Assembly (NCBI RefSeq): GCF_035084215.1
Contig: NW_027138451.1
Coordinates: 186,001 to 250,000, forward strand
DNA from: Heptranchias perlo
Taxonomy: Eukaryota
Direction of reading: 5' to 3'
DNA: 64,000 bases
Positions 1-11,893 of this stretch are shown in pieces (position 1 is the first letter of the stretch; each line of letters opens with the position of its first letter). The position numbers were made by a program, and so were the translations under genes. Below the pieces are notes generated by a model. It was not told where the DNA came from. It saw only the letters and a list, made by a program, of their open reading frames with translations, and made no database searches.

Positions 1-2470
1 TTGTGGTTCCGCATATAGATGACCTTGTTGATCCTAAAGAGGCCCTACTCTCTCCCTAGTTACTCTTTTGCCCTTTATGTATTTGTAGAAGCTCTTTGGA
101 TTCTCCTTTGCCTGATCTGCCAAAGTAATCTCATGTCCCCTTTTTGCCCTCCTGATTTCTCTCTTAACTCTACTCCGGCAATCGCTGTACTCTTCAAGGG
201 ATCCACTTGATCCCAGCTGCCTATGCATGTCATATGCCGCCTTCTTCTTTTTGACTAGGTCCTCAATCTCCCGAGTCATCCAAGGTTCCCTAATTCTACC
301 AGCCTTGCCCTTCACTTTATAAGGAATGTGCTTACACTGAACCCTGGATAACACACTTTTGAAAGCCTCCCACTTACCAGACGTCCCTTTGCCTGCCAAC
401 AGACTGTCCAAATCAACTTCTGAAAGTTCCTGTCTAATACCATCAAAATTGGCCTTTCCCCAATTTAGAATTTTAACTTTTGGGCTAGACCTATCTTTCT
501 CCATCGCTATCTTAAATCTAATGGAATTATGATCACTGGTCCCAAAGTGATCCCTCACTAACACTTCTGTCACCTGCCCTTCATTATTTCCCAAGAGGAG
601 GTCAAGTTTTGCCCACTCTCGAGTCGGTCCATCCAATTACTAAATGAGAAATTCCTCCTGAATACACTCAACAAATTTCTCTCCATCAAAGCCCCTAATG
701 CTATGGCTGTCCCAGTCAATGTTGGGAAAGGTAAAGTCCCCTACTATTACCACCCTATTTTTCTTGCAGCTGCCTGTAATCTCCTTACATATTTGCTCCT
801 CAATTTCCCGTTGACTATGTGGGGGTCTGTATTACAATCCTATCAAAGTGATCTCTCCATTCTTGTTTTTCAGTTCTACCCATATAGACTCAGTGGGCGA
901 ACCCTCGGATATATCCCCTCTCACTACCGCCGTGATGTTCTCCCTAATCAAGAACGCAACTCCCCCTCCTCTCTTACCTTCTGCTCTATCTTTCCGATAG
1001 CATCTGTACCTGGAACATTGAGCTGCCAGTCCTGCCCCTCCCTTAACTATGTTTCAGTAATAGCTCTAACATCACCCTCCCATGTACCCATCCATGCCCT
1101 GAGTTCATCTGCCTTGCCCATCAGAGTTCTTGCATTGAAAAAAATGCAGTTTAATCTAGACTTCCCTTGGTCTTTGCCCTGATGTCTCAGACCATCTGTC
1201 CGGTCATGTTCTGTACACTCTCCCTTACTGCCTTTTGTTTCTGTCACCACTTTACTTCCCACTGACTTCCTGCATCGGTTCCCATCCCCCTGCCACATTA
1301 GTTTAAACCGTCCCAAACAGCGCTAGCAAACACCCCCCCCAAGGACATTGGTTCCAATCCTGCCCAGATGCAGACCGTCCAATTTGTACTGGTCCCACCT
1401 CCCCCTGAACCGGTTCCAATGGCCCAGGAATTTGAATCCCTCCCTCTTGCACCATCTCTCAAGCCACGATTTCATCCTAGCTATCCTGTCATTGCTACTC
1501 TGACGAGCCCGTGGCACTGGTCGCAATCCTGAGATTACAACCTTTGAGGTCCTACTCTTTAGTTTAACTCCTAACTCCATAAATTCAGCTTGTAGGACCT
1601 CATCCCGTTTTTTTCCCTATATCGTTGGTACCTATATGCACCACGAGAACTGGCTGTTCACCCTCCCCCTCCAGAATGTCCTGCAGCCGCTCCGAGACAT
1701 CCCTGACCCTTGCACGAGGGAGGCAACATGCCATCCTGGAGTCTCGGTTGCGTCCGCAGAAACGCCTGTCTATTCCCCTTACAATCGAGTCCCCTATCAC
1801 TATAGCTCTGCCACTCTTTTTCCTGCCCTCCTGTGCAGCAGAGCCAGCCACGGCGCCATGAACCTTGCCGCTGTCACCTTCCCCTGGTGAGCCATCTCCC
1901 CCAACAGTATCCAAAACAGTATACCTGTTTTGGAGGGAGATGACCGCAGGGGATCCCTGCACTGCCTTCCTACTCTTCCTCTGTCTGTTGGTCACCCATT
2001 CACTATCTCCCTCAGTAATTTTTATCTGTGGTGTGACCAACTCACTGAACGTGCTATCCACGACTTTCTCAGCATCGCGGATGCCCCAAAGTGAGTCCAT
2101 CCGCAGCTCCAGAGCCGTCAAGCGGTCAAACAGTAGCTGCAGCTGGACACACTTCCCGCAGGTGAAGGAACCAGGGGCACAGGAAGGATCCCTGAATTCC
2201 CACATCCCACAAGAGGAACATGACACGGGTCTGGGATCTCCTGCCATGACTTAAACCTTAAGTTTGCTTAACAACAACTACAATGTCAAGAAAAAAAAGG
2301 AAAGAAAATCTACTTACCAGTCACCAGCCAATCACTTACCTGTTGGCTGTGACTTTGTGCCTCCTGCAGCTGCAGTAGCTCGATCCTCCTCCTGGTCAAC
2401 TTGCTTGCCCTCCTCACAGTGTCTCCTTTTTTTTTTGATTAGAGGAGGACGGAGGGAGGGAAACACAAGT
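1..2470 (-). mobile_element. CR1 LINE, 5' portion (5' UTR, ORF1, start of ORF2 endonuclease); relatively young; continues off the left edge
   Basis: ORF1 pieces 1600-2247 and 1323-1580 show an N-terminal zinc-finger motif (CSSCGMWE...CGKC) and SGNH-esterase motifs (VIGDSIVRG, VVHIGTND, DGLHL). ORF2 pieces show APE endonuclease motifs (LNCIFFNART, ITET, LDLLLGN, SDHNSIRF). Confidence 0.92.
1323..2247 (-). pseudogene. CR1 ORF1 (zinc finger + SGNH esterase), broken by a frameshift in an A-run near 1608-1615
   Basis: ORF 1600..2247 ends DIGKKTG*; the esterase continues in another frame (ELGVKLKSRTSKVVISGL..., ORF 1323..1580). Confidence 0.85.
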
Positions 2471-2660
2471 GTAGTTAACCACTTCTCAATCCATGCCAGT
2501 ATGTTACCCCTCCCAATTCCATGTGATCTAACTTTGTTCACCAACCTCCTGTTTGGGACCTTATCGAAAGCCTTCTGAAAACCCATGTCTTCCAATTTTT
2601 CAGCAACATAGTCAATTACATGAAAGTCTACATTGACCAGATCCATGCTGGCATTTTGTC
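2471..2660 (-). mobile_element. Older CR1 RT fragment adjoining the 5' end of the young CR1
   Basis: Translation GFQKAFDKVPNRRLVNKVRSHGIGRGNILAWIEKWL. Confidence 0.8.
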
Positions 2661-3157
2661 AATGGCTGCTTGGTAATATGTTGTAATTAGATTTGTTGCG
2701 CTTGTGGCAGAAGCAGCTGTGGTGGGTCTTTCCCAACTGACATTCCATACAGTTTGCACATACTTCATCACAGGAATTGCTCGGTGGAGAAAGACAAACA
2801 TCCATCTGGTTCACCTTTTACAATCCTGGTAGTTGCATGATACAAACATAATGAAGTTGTTGCCCAATCACAGCAATCAATCTCCATCAATTGGTCTACA
2901 ACAGACCCAGAAATGAGACGAGAAAAACCCGGATGGCGGAGAGCTTTTGGAACCACAGATCCAAAGTCACCTTTTACCTTCCAAGTATGTTGCACTTGAC
3001 ACATGTCATGACTGAAATTACTCATGTATTGTATCCCACAATATATTTTCTGAAAGAAATCGATCTAATTTACTTTTGAATGAATCAATTCTAATAGCTT
3101 TCACCGTCTCCCGAGGGAGTCTGTCTCATCGATTGACAACTCGCTCACTGAAATAAT

Positions 3158-3898
3158 GGGCCGGAATTTGCTCCGAGCTCTGAACGAATGCCATTTGCCG
3201 CTCTTTCGGTTTTTACTCACTCACAAACTTACCGCGGTCTTTACTGCGGGAACTTCCTCTCATGCAAACCTGAAAAGAGTCCAGCGATAACTCCAGCGAA
3301 GCTGGGAACCATGCGAGCGACCAGAGGAAATCACTCTCCGCTTGACCAATCAGATTGCAGCATTATTAACAAGCCGTGATGAGTCAGTGAAAATTGCAAC
3401 GACTCAAAACCTGGAAGTGAAAGCTGCAACAGTAAAGTCATTGTACAAACAGTTAGAGGCAGTAAAATAAAGGGAGGGCAAGAAATCTTGAAAAAGACAG
3501 AGATAATAGAGACAAAGAAAAAGTTTTTTTTTAATTATTTTTTTAAAATAAAGATGTCCAACAACTTTTAAAATTGCCATTTTAAAATTTAATTTTTTGG
3601 TGCCAGAGTGTTTGTTTGGCAGTCATTAAGACTTACCATGCTGGTAAAACTTAGTTTAGACATGATATAGTTGAGTGTACCTGCTTTGTGGCGATACTAG
3701 TTAGGTTCTAGTTGGGCAGGAGAGCAAGTTAGCGCTGGTCCATTGATTCTATTGATTGCATCCATGAATGTCCCTTTAAGGTGATACTTTCAGATCGCTG
3801 GCGAACCAGGAATAGCAAGTTCCGGATTTCCGAGTTTTCCTGCGCATGTGCAGTCGCGCTGTTGGGCTCAATGTTATTTTGAAAGCAATTTCCGGACC
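3158..3898. mobile_element. Non-autonomous DNA transposon (MITE, possibly Harbinger-like) with 15-bp imperfect TIRs
   Basis: Left end gggccggaatttgct (3158-3172); right end agcaatttccggacc (3884-3898), reverse complement ggtccggaaattgct, 13/15 match. No coding content. Confidence 0.6.
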
Positions 3899-4844
3899 AT
3901 TAGTTCTGATTTTTTTTCCCTTCAAGCCCAGGCTTTGCCTGTGGTTCTCACTATCTCTGTATCCTTGTCCAGTCCTGCAATCCCCCCTCCAAATCTGGGT
4001 TCTGGTTAATCATCCCTTCCTTTCGTCCCACCATGGGTGGTCAATCCTTCAGCTACCAAGCACCACGCTCTGAAATTCCATTCCTGAACCTCTTTGATTT
4101 TCCATCTCCCTTTCCTCATTAAAATCCACCTATTGTACCAAGCTGTTGGTCATCCGTGAAGCATGAGCAGATCCGAGGATTTTCCTGACCTATGAGTGCT
4201 AATGATATGGATGGACTTTATATTAAAACCCAAAAATGCAAGGGAGCAGAAATCAAACAGTTAAAGTGGCAAAACTGTTTACGTATTCTGGTTAGCAGCC
4301 ATATCTGCAGCAATATTAATTATGCAAAAAGACTGCATCTTAGCGGGGTGGGGGAGCACGCGGGACATGAAAATCCATAGGTTGTTCAGCAAAAATAATT
4401 GGGAACTTATCATGTAGGTAATTCATTTATATGGATACAGATTTACGAAATTTTACAGTTTTCAGTATTTCCCTATTAAAAAAAGGCTATTCCTGTATAA
4501 AATTAGATAATATGACTATTAATGGGGTGGGGTTGAGGTCAAAGTGGCTTTTTTAGTTTTAAGTATATAGCTTTAAACAATTTATAGCTCTTGAAATGTT
4601 TAAAAGTTAAACATTAATTGTGTAAAATGTTTAGCAGTTCGGATTATGCAATACAAAATGTGTCCTTTTGTGCTACGTGCTGTGTAAAATATCTGCTTGC
4701 TTTCTGGATCAACGTGGATGAATGGTTGCATTGTATTTACTATAGTCACTGACATTTTATGATCCTTATCATTCATGAAGTCTTTGAACTCTCTAGTGTT
4801 GGTCATATAGTCAAATAAAATCATTAACATCACCTGATAAGGGG

Positions 4845-5200
4845 GAACCAGCATCACGGACATGGATGCAGTGCAGGAAGAAGTTCAATGCTTTGACATG
4901 AGTGGTCAAGGTGAGTGAGGTCAACTGTGAAGTGGCGACTCATACCAACTGCACCACGCAATACATCCTCCTAACCCCCACATACCAACAAACTCTGTCC
5001 ATCAGTATTCAACCCTTCCAATCAAATGCTTCCTCTAACCCTTACACATTACCATTGTTTCAAGCTGCCCATCCACAACTCACAGGCCACACACACTGGC
5101 TGCTATTCAACCATTAGAGGCACATCAACCAAACACACGTCCCGTTTTTTGCAGGACACGGTGGCGCATATCAAGAGGCAGCAAGTGGCAATGTCAACCA
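4845..5200 (+). mobile_element. Remnant of a Myb/SANT-like gene of a PIF/Harbinger transposon, with a residual intron at 4911-5154
   Basis: RTWMQCRKKFNALT*VVK, donor AAG|gtgagt at 4911, acceptor ttttttgcag at 5154, then DTVAHIKRQQ. Contains an in-frame stop. Confidence 0.55.
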
Positions 5201-5344
5201 GCCCGTTGTTTCGGCGCTACACAGCCTCTGTTTCATCCAAGGTGGCGTCTTGGATGTACACGCACGTTTCCTGCCTGACGTGCACCAGGCACCATCTTGG
5301 TATAGCAGTTAGCGCAGGCGCAGATAATGACGCTGGAATCATGT

Positions 5345-6000
5345 AAACAATGGGCGCCACACAGCACAATTTAGTGACAAACGTTTCAAGCCTGTGCATA
5401 GTTCTGGTCTCCATATTATAAAAAGCATATAGAGGCAATGGAGAAGGTCCAAAAAAGATTCATAAGAATGAGACCAGAACGGAGGGTTTATAACTATCAG
5501 GAAAGACTCAACAGACTGGGACTTTTTTTCCCGAGAAAAGAGGTGACCCAATAGAGGTCATTACAATTATGAAGAGTTTTGATACGGTGAATGCAAAGCA
5601 GATGCTTCCACTTGTGGTGAATCCAAACCTTGGGTTCATCAATATAAAATTGCCACTAATCAATCGAATAAGGAATTCAAGAGAAACTTTTTTACACAGA
5701 GAGTGGATAGAATGTGGAACCTGCCACCACATGGGGTGGTTGAGGCGAATAGAATAGATGCATTTCAGGAGAAGCTAGATAAATATACAGAATCATAGAA
5801 TCATAGAATGGTTAGAACACGGAAGGAAGCCATGCCCCCACCGAGCCGGTGCCGGCTCTTTGTAAGAGCAAACCAGTTGGTCTGATTGTCATGCTCTTCC
5901 ATTTTATTCCCTTATCCAATTCCTTTTTGGAAGCCACGCTTGAATCTGCTTCCACCATCCGTTCAGGCAGCATTCCATATCAGAACTACTCGCTGGGAGT
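5345..6000. mobile_element. Two tail-to-tail CR1 3' fragments (+ ~5345-5790; - ~5790-6000)
   Basis: C-terminal CR1 ORF2 remnants (W-SPYYKK, FFTQRV-like) and an (aatcatag)n tail at ~5790-5808. Confidence 0.75.
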
Positions 6001-7524
6001 AACTGCCACATGCTGATTGGGTTAGATGAGGTGGGGTTTCTGTGTTGTAAATTCTATGCAGAATCTATGTAAAATCTTTGTATTGTTACATCCCTGGTTT
6101 ATGCCATCATAGCGTCCGATATTGGACAATTTAGAAACACGAATATCAAGTTCAGATTATCAGCATATTGTTACATCCCTGGGATATACTGGTGTAGTGT
6201 GAAATAGTGTACAATGCAGAAACACGACTATCCAGTGCAGATTATCACGGGGACCATGTCTCCATCACTGGGTTACAGAATTCAAAACTTATGCCACGGT
6301 CCACTTTCTTCCAAATGCCCTTAATTGTTGTCAATTTAAAATATTTATTCCATTTGCTCTTAAACGATGTAGTGGTTAAAGATGCAATTGCATCTTTTCT
6401 GTTTGTTCCATTCCCCGTAGTAAAACATTCCATGCTCCAAAAAACCGCTGCGTGAAGAATTTACATTTAACACTTTAACGATGAGCTGAAATTCTCACTG
6501 ATCCTATAAATCAGAGGATACAGTAATTCTCAATGACTCTATCAGACACCTTCATAATGGGAGTCTCCTCTTCTCAGTTCCCGTGGAAATAATCCCAGTA
6601 TTTCAACTCTTTCATAGTCGATTTCCCTTCCCTGGCCTCATTCGAGTCATTCTACATTGTGTCCACGATGGCTTTCATTTTGTTTCTGTAATTGGGCACC
6701 AAAACTGCACACAATACTCTGGAACTACGGGCTTTAACCATAGAGAATAATTAAAAGCAGCTTCATCCTGGTCATCATCCCCAGAGAGCAGTAAAACGGA
6801 CTCTTGCCAGAGAAAAAAAGCCATATATCGAATAAAGTTTCATCTTAGTCAATGTTGCTGCTCTCCTCTTAGATAAAGGACTCCCTGAAGGCTGATTCAT
6901 TGCTTTGCAAACCTAATTCAGTGGGAAGTCTGTAGATTAAAAAGTTATGCTGTTCGAACGAAACGATGCCCACGAGTAGTTTCCAGTGTTAATTTATCTC
7001 AACAAATCCGTCAATCATATAAGATCAATTTCTGGTACAAGAATATCAGCGTAGAAATTAGTTCTGCTCCTAAAATGGACAATAAATGAACACATTCCAA
7101 TGAAAATCAGCAACAACTTGCATTCATAGACCGCCTTTTGTACAATAAACATTCCCAAGGGGATTCACAGAGGAGTGAGGGAAAACGATCGGGTTTAAGG
7201 AGGGTGTAAAAGGAGGAGATATAAATGGAGAGAAGGAGATGATACGGTTGGTTATCAAGAGTAGAATTTAGATGTATGAAAGAATGGCCACCAATGGAGG
7301 GATAAAGTGAGTGGAGGATGACAAAACATACTTGCTAATAACTTGCATTTATATAGCGCCTTTAACATAGATAATTAACCTAAGACGACTCAGTGAGATA
7401 TCATTAGATACAAAATGGATCCCCGGCTAAAGAAGGAGATATTAGGAGGGATGGCAAAAGCTTGAAGCAAGAGATGAGTTTTCTGGAAGGTCTGAAAGAA
7501 GGTAAGGATTTGCATTTATAGATT

Positions 7525-8752
7525 GTCTTTCCAGACAAGGGCAAAGAGGGGGAGGAATTCCTGAAATGTGTTCAAGAGAACTTTGTGGAACACTGTGTTA
7601 CAAGCCCAAAGAGGATGGAAACAGTCCTAGATCTAATTCTGGGGAATGAGGTGGGATAGGTAGAGTATGTTTCAGTCGGGGATCATAATATCATTAAGTT
7701 TAGAATAATTAAGGGACAGGACAAGGTACATTCAAATGTGAAAATGATTAACTGGAGGAGGGTCAATTTCAGTTCGTGTCATGGAAATCTTGCCCAGGTG
7801 GATTAGAAACGAAATTTGTAGGCAAAACTGTAATTGAACAATGGAAAGCTTTCAAGGAGGAGTTGGTTCGGGTATAGAATAGAGACATCCCTACGAGGGG
7901 GAATGTAAGAACATCCAAAGCTAGAACTCCCTGGATGATTAAATATTTAGAGATTAAAATGAAAAAGAAAGCGGAGGCTCATGACGAATTTGAGCTTCAT
8001 AATACTGTACAGAACCAGGCTGAAAAGAAAAAATACAGAGGAGACCTAAAAAAGGGGCATAAGAGTGCGTATGAGAATCCATTAACGCTAAAATAAAGGG
8101 GAATCCAAAGTCTTTTTGTACATATAAATAGTAAAAGGGTAGTCAAAGGAAGCGTTGGTCCGATTAGGGACATAAAAGGAGATCCTATTATGAAGGCAGA
8201 GGGCATGGCTCAGGTACTGAATAAATACTTCACATCCGTCTTCACTTCAGAAGAGGATGCTGCCATTCGAGCTTTAAAGGAGACGGTAATAGCGATTTTG
8301 GAAAGGATGAAAATAGATAAAGAGGATGTACTTAAAAGATTGGCAGGACTCAAAGTAGAAATGTCATCCGCTCCGGATGGGATGCATCCTTGGTGACTGA
8401 GGGAAGTTGGAATGAAAATTGCGGAGGCTCTGGCTGCAATTTCCCAAATCCTCCTTAGATTATGGGGATGGTGCCAGAGTCCGGGAGGATTGCAAATGTT
8501 GCAACCTTGTTCAAAAAAATAGGAGAGGGATGAATCCAAAATTACAGGCCAGTCAGCCGAACGTCGGTGGTGGTGAAATTTAAGAGGAAATAATCCGGGA
8601 GAAAACTAATTGGGACTTGGAAAAGTCTGGGCCAATAAATGAAAGTCAGCGCGGATTTGTTCAAGGAAAATTGTGTTTACGAACTTGATTGAGTTCTTTG
8701 ATAAAGTAACGGAAAGGTTTGATGAGGGTCATGCGGTTGCAGTTGTGTTTAT
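7525..8752 (+). mobile_element. CR1 ORF2 5' half (end of endonuclease to RT motif 'AVAVV')
   Basis: LDLILGNE, MAQVLNKYFTSVFT, PDGMHP, YRPVS, NLIEFFD; many stops and frameshifts. Confidence 0.85.
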
Positions 8753-9865
8753 CAAGGCAGCATTTGACCGAGTGTGGCACCAAGGAGCCCGAGTGAAATT
8801 GTAGTCAATGGGAATCAGGGGGAAAACTCTCCAGTGGTTGGAGTCATACCTGGCACAAAGGAAGATGGTAGTGGTTGTTGGAGGCCAATCATCTCAGCCC
8901 CAGGACATTGCTGCAGGAGTTCCTCAGGGCAGTGTCCTAGGCCCAACCATCTTCAGCTGCTTCATCAATGAACTTCCCTCCTTCATAATTTCAGAAGTGG
9001 TGATGTTCACTGATGATTGCACAGTGTTCAGTTCCATTCGCCACCCCTCAGATAATGAGGCAATCCATGCCCTGAATCCAGGCTTGGGCTGATATGTGGC
9101 AAGTAACATTCACGCCAGACAAGTGCAACGCAATGGCCATCTCCAAAAATAAAGAGTTTAACCACCTCCCCTTGACATTCAGCGGCATTACCATCACCGA
9201 ATTCCCCGCCATCAACATCCTGGGGGTCACCACTGAGCAGAAACAAAACTGGACCAGCCACATAAACAGGGTGGCGGTAAGAGCAGGTCAGAGGCTGGGT
9301 ATTCTGCGGCGAGTACTCACCTCCTGGCTGCCCAAAGCCTTTCCACCATCGACAAGGCACAAGTCAGATGTGTGATGGATTATTGTCCACTTGCCTGGAT
9401 GAGTTTAGCTCCAACAACACTTAAGAAGCTCGACACCATCCAGGACAAAGCAGCCCGCTTGATTGGAACCCCATCCACCAGCCTAAACATTCAATCCCTT
9501 CACTACCAGTACACCGTTGCTGCAGTCTTTACCATCTACAGGATGCCCTGCAGCAACTCGCCAAGGCTTCTTCAACAGTAACTCCCAAAACCGCGACCAC
9601 CACCACTTCGAAGGTCAAGAGCAGCAGGCCCATGGGAACAACATCACTGCACGTTCCCCTCTATGTCACACACTATCCCGACTTGGAAATATATCGCCGT
9701 TCCTTCATCGTCGCTGGGTCCAAATTCTGGAACTCCCTTCCTAACAGCACTGTGGGAGAACCATCACCACACGGACTGCCGCAGTTCAAAAAGGCGGCTC
9801 ACCACCACCTTGAAAGGGCAATTAGGGATGGGTAATAAATGCTTGCCTTGCCAGCGATGCCCACA
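8751..9865 (+). mobile_element. 5'-truncated LINE of a second CR1/L2-group family ('family B'), lacking its terminal tail
   Basis: IKAAFDRVWHQG, GVPQGSVLGPTIFSCFINELP, FTDD; 3' UTR gggcaattagggatggg is shared with other copies in the window. Confidence 0.85.
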
Positions 9866-10119
9866 CCGGCGTTCTGTTTTAGACGAGCCACAACTTCCTC
9901 CAGTTGAAAATTGGGACGTCATGACCTTTGGCCCCACAATCTCCACATTCTTGCCACGGATTCCATCACCACCCCTGGCTTTTTGATTGGTGAGTCGATC
10001 ACCAATTATGCAAGCCTTTACTGACCTGCATTGGATTCCAGTCTCCTGAGCATGCTGTTCAATTTTATTGTTTTCTTTCAAATTAATCCACCAGGGCCTC
10101 GCCCCTCCCTAACTCTGTC

Positions 10120-10445
10120 AGAGGGTCAGTAATGAGGCAGCGCTTTACTGTTGGAGGTGCCGACTTTCATACGATGTGTTCATCCGCGGCTCCATCTGCT
10201 CTCTCAGGTAGATGTGAAAGATCCCACGGCACTATTCGAAAAAGAGCAAGGGTCCGCGGTGAATTGTCAATATTTATCCCTCAAACAACATTACTAAAAC
10301 CGATTTTCTGGTAAGTTATCTCATTGCTGTTTGTGGGAGATTGCTGTGTCAACATTGGCTGCCGTGTTTCCAACATTGCCACAGTGACTAGGCTACAAAT
10401 TGTACTTCATTGACAGTAAAGTGTATTGCGACGTCCTGAGGTACC
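10120..10445 (+). mobile_element. DeuSINE-like (SacSINE1/AmnSINE1-type) SINE, partial
   Basis: Aligns by eye with the fuller copy at 46957-47410 (aaagatccca...cattgctgtttgtggga...gctgccg). Confidence 0.7.
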
Positions 10446-10638
10446 ATAGTATTATAGCAGATACAGCACAGGATGAGGCTATTCGCCCCATCGTGAATGT
10501 GCCAGCTCTTTGAAAGAGCTATCCAATTAGTTGCATTGCCCGGCTCTTTCCTGATAGCCGCGTAAATTTTTCCCTTCAAGTATTTATCCAATTCGCTTTT
10601 TGGAAATTACCTTTGAATCAGCTTCCACCACCATTTCA

Positions 10639-10904
10639 ATTGTAAACAATTTTACAACACCAAGTTATAGTCCAGCAATTTTATTTTAAATTCGCAAGCT
10701 TTCGGAGGCTTCCTCCTTCCTCAGGTGAACGATGTCGACATCGTTCACCTGATGAAGGAGGAAGCCTCCGAAAGCTTGTGAATTTAAAATAAAATTGCTG
10801 GACTATAACTTGGTGTTATAAAATTGTTGACAATTGTCAACCCCAGTCCATCACTGGCATCTCCACATCTCCACCGGCATCTCCACCGGCATCTCCACAT
10901 CATG
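10639..10904. mobile_element. Short Penelope-like element: inverted pLTR arms forming a ~200-bp palindrome, with 12-bp TSD
   Basis: Arms 10637-10736 and 10737-10836 are centred on gatgtc|gacatc. Tail ccccagtccatcactggcatctccacat matches the reverse complement of 43635-43661. TSD accaccatttca at 10627-10638 and 10905-10916. Confidence 0.88.
10744..10782 (+). ncRNA. Minimal type I hammerhead ribozyme (Penelope-type); mirror copy on the - strand at 10691-10729
   Basis: Stem I ttcac/gtgaa, core CTGATGA, stem II ggagg-aag-cctcc, GAAA, palindromic stem III AGCT, then H=T. Confidence 0.75.
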
Positions 10905-11893
10905 ACCACCATTTCAGGCAGTGCATTACAGAACATTACAGCTCGCTGCGTAACAGAATGTTTCCTCATGTTGCCTCTGGCATTGTTGCCGATCTCCTTA
11001 AGTTTGTGCCCTCTGGTAACCGACCCGTCGACCGCTGACAATCGTTTATCCATTTTTACTATGTCAAAACCGTTCATGATTTTTCACACCTCTATAAAAT
11101 TTCCTCTTAATGTTCTTTGTTCCAAGGAGAACAACTCCAGCTTCTCCAGTCTCTCCACATAACTGAAATCCTTCATCCCTGTAACCATTGTAGTAAATCT
11201 CTTCTGCACCGTCTCCAAGATCTTGACATCCTTCCTAAAGTTTGGTGCCCAAGAATTGGACACAATACTCCAGCTGAGGCCTAACCAGTATTTTTCTTTG
11301 GTTTGGCATAACTTCCTTCCCTCTATTAATAAAACCCGGGATCCCATATGCTTTTTTAACAGGCTTCTGAACTTATCCTGCCAACTTCAAACAGATGTGA
11401 ATGCACACCCGCAGGTCTCTCTGTTCTTTCACTACTTTTAAAATTGTACCAGTTAGTTTATATTGGCTCTCCTCATTCTTCCGAACAAAATGCATCACTT
11501 CACACTTCTCTGCGTTAAATTTCATCTGCCATGGGTCTGCTTATTTCACCAGTCTGTCCATGTCCTCCTGAAGTCTGTTACTACTCTCCATATTGCTTAC
11601 TACAATTCTGAGTTTCGTTTTACGTGCAATCTTTGAAATTATACCCTCTATACCCGAGTCCAAGTCGTTAATATATATCAAAAAGAGCAGTGGCCTCAAT
11701 ACTGACCACCGGGGAGCACCACTGTATACTTCCCTCGAGTCTGTTAATCAACCGTCCACCACTGTTCTCTGCTTTCTCTCCCTCAGGAAACTTTGTATCC
11801 ACACTGCCACTGTCCCTGTAATGCCATGGGCTTTAATTTTGCTGACAAGTCTATCATGTGGTACCTTAACAAACGCATTCTGAAACTCCATAT

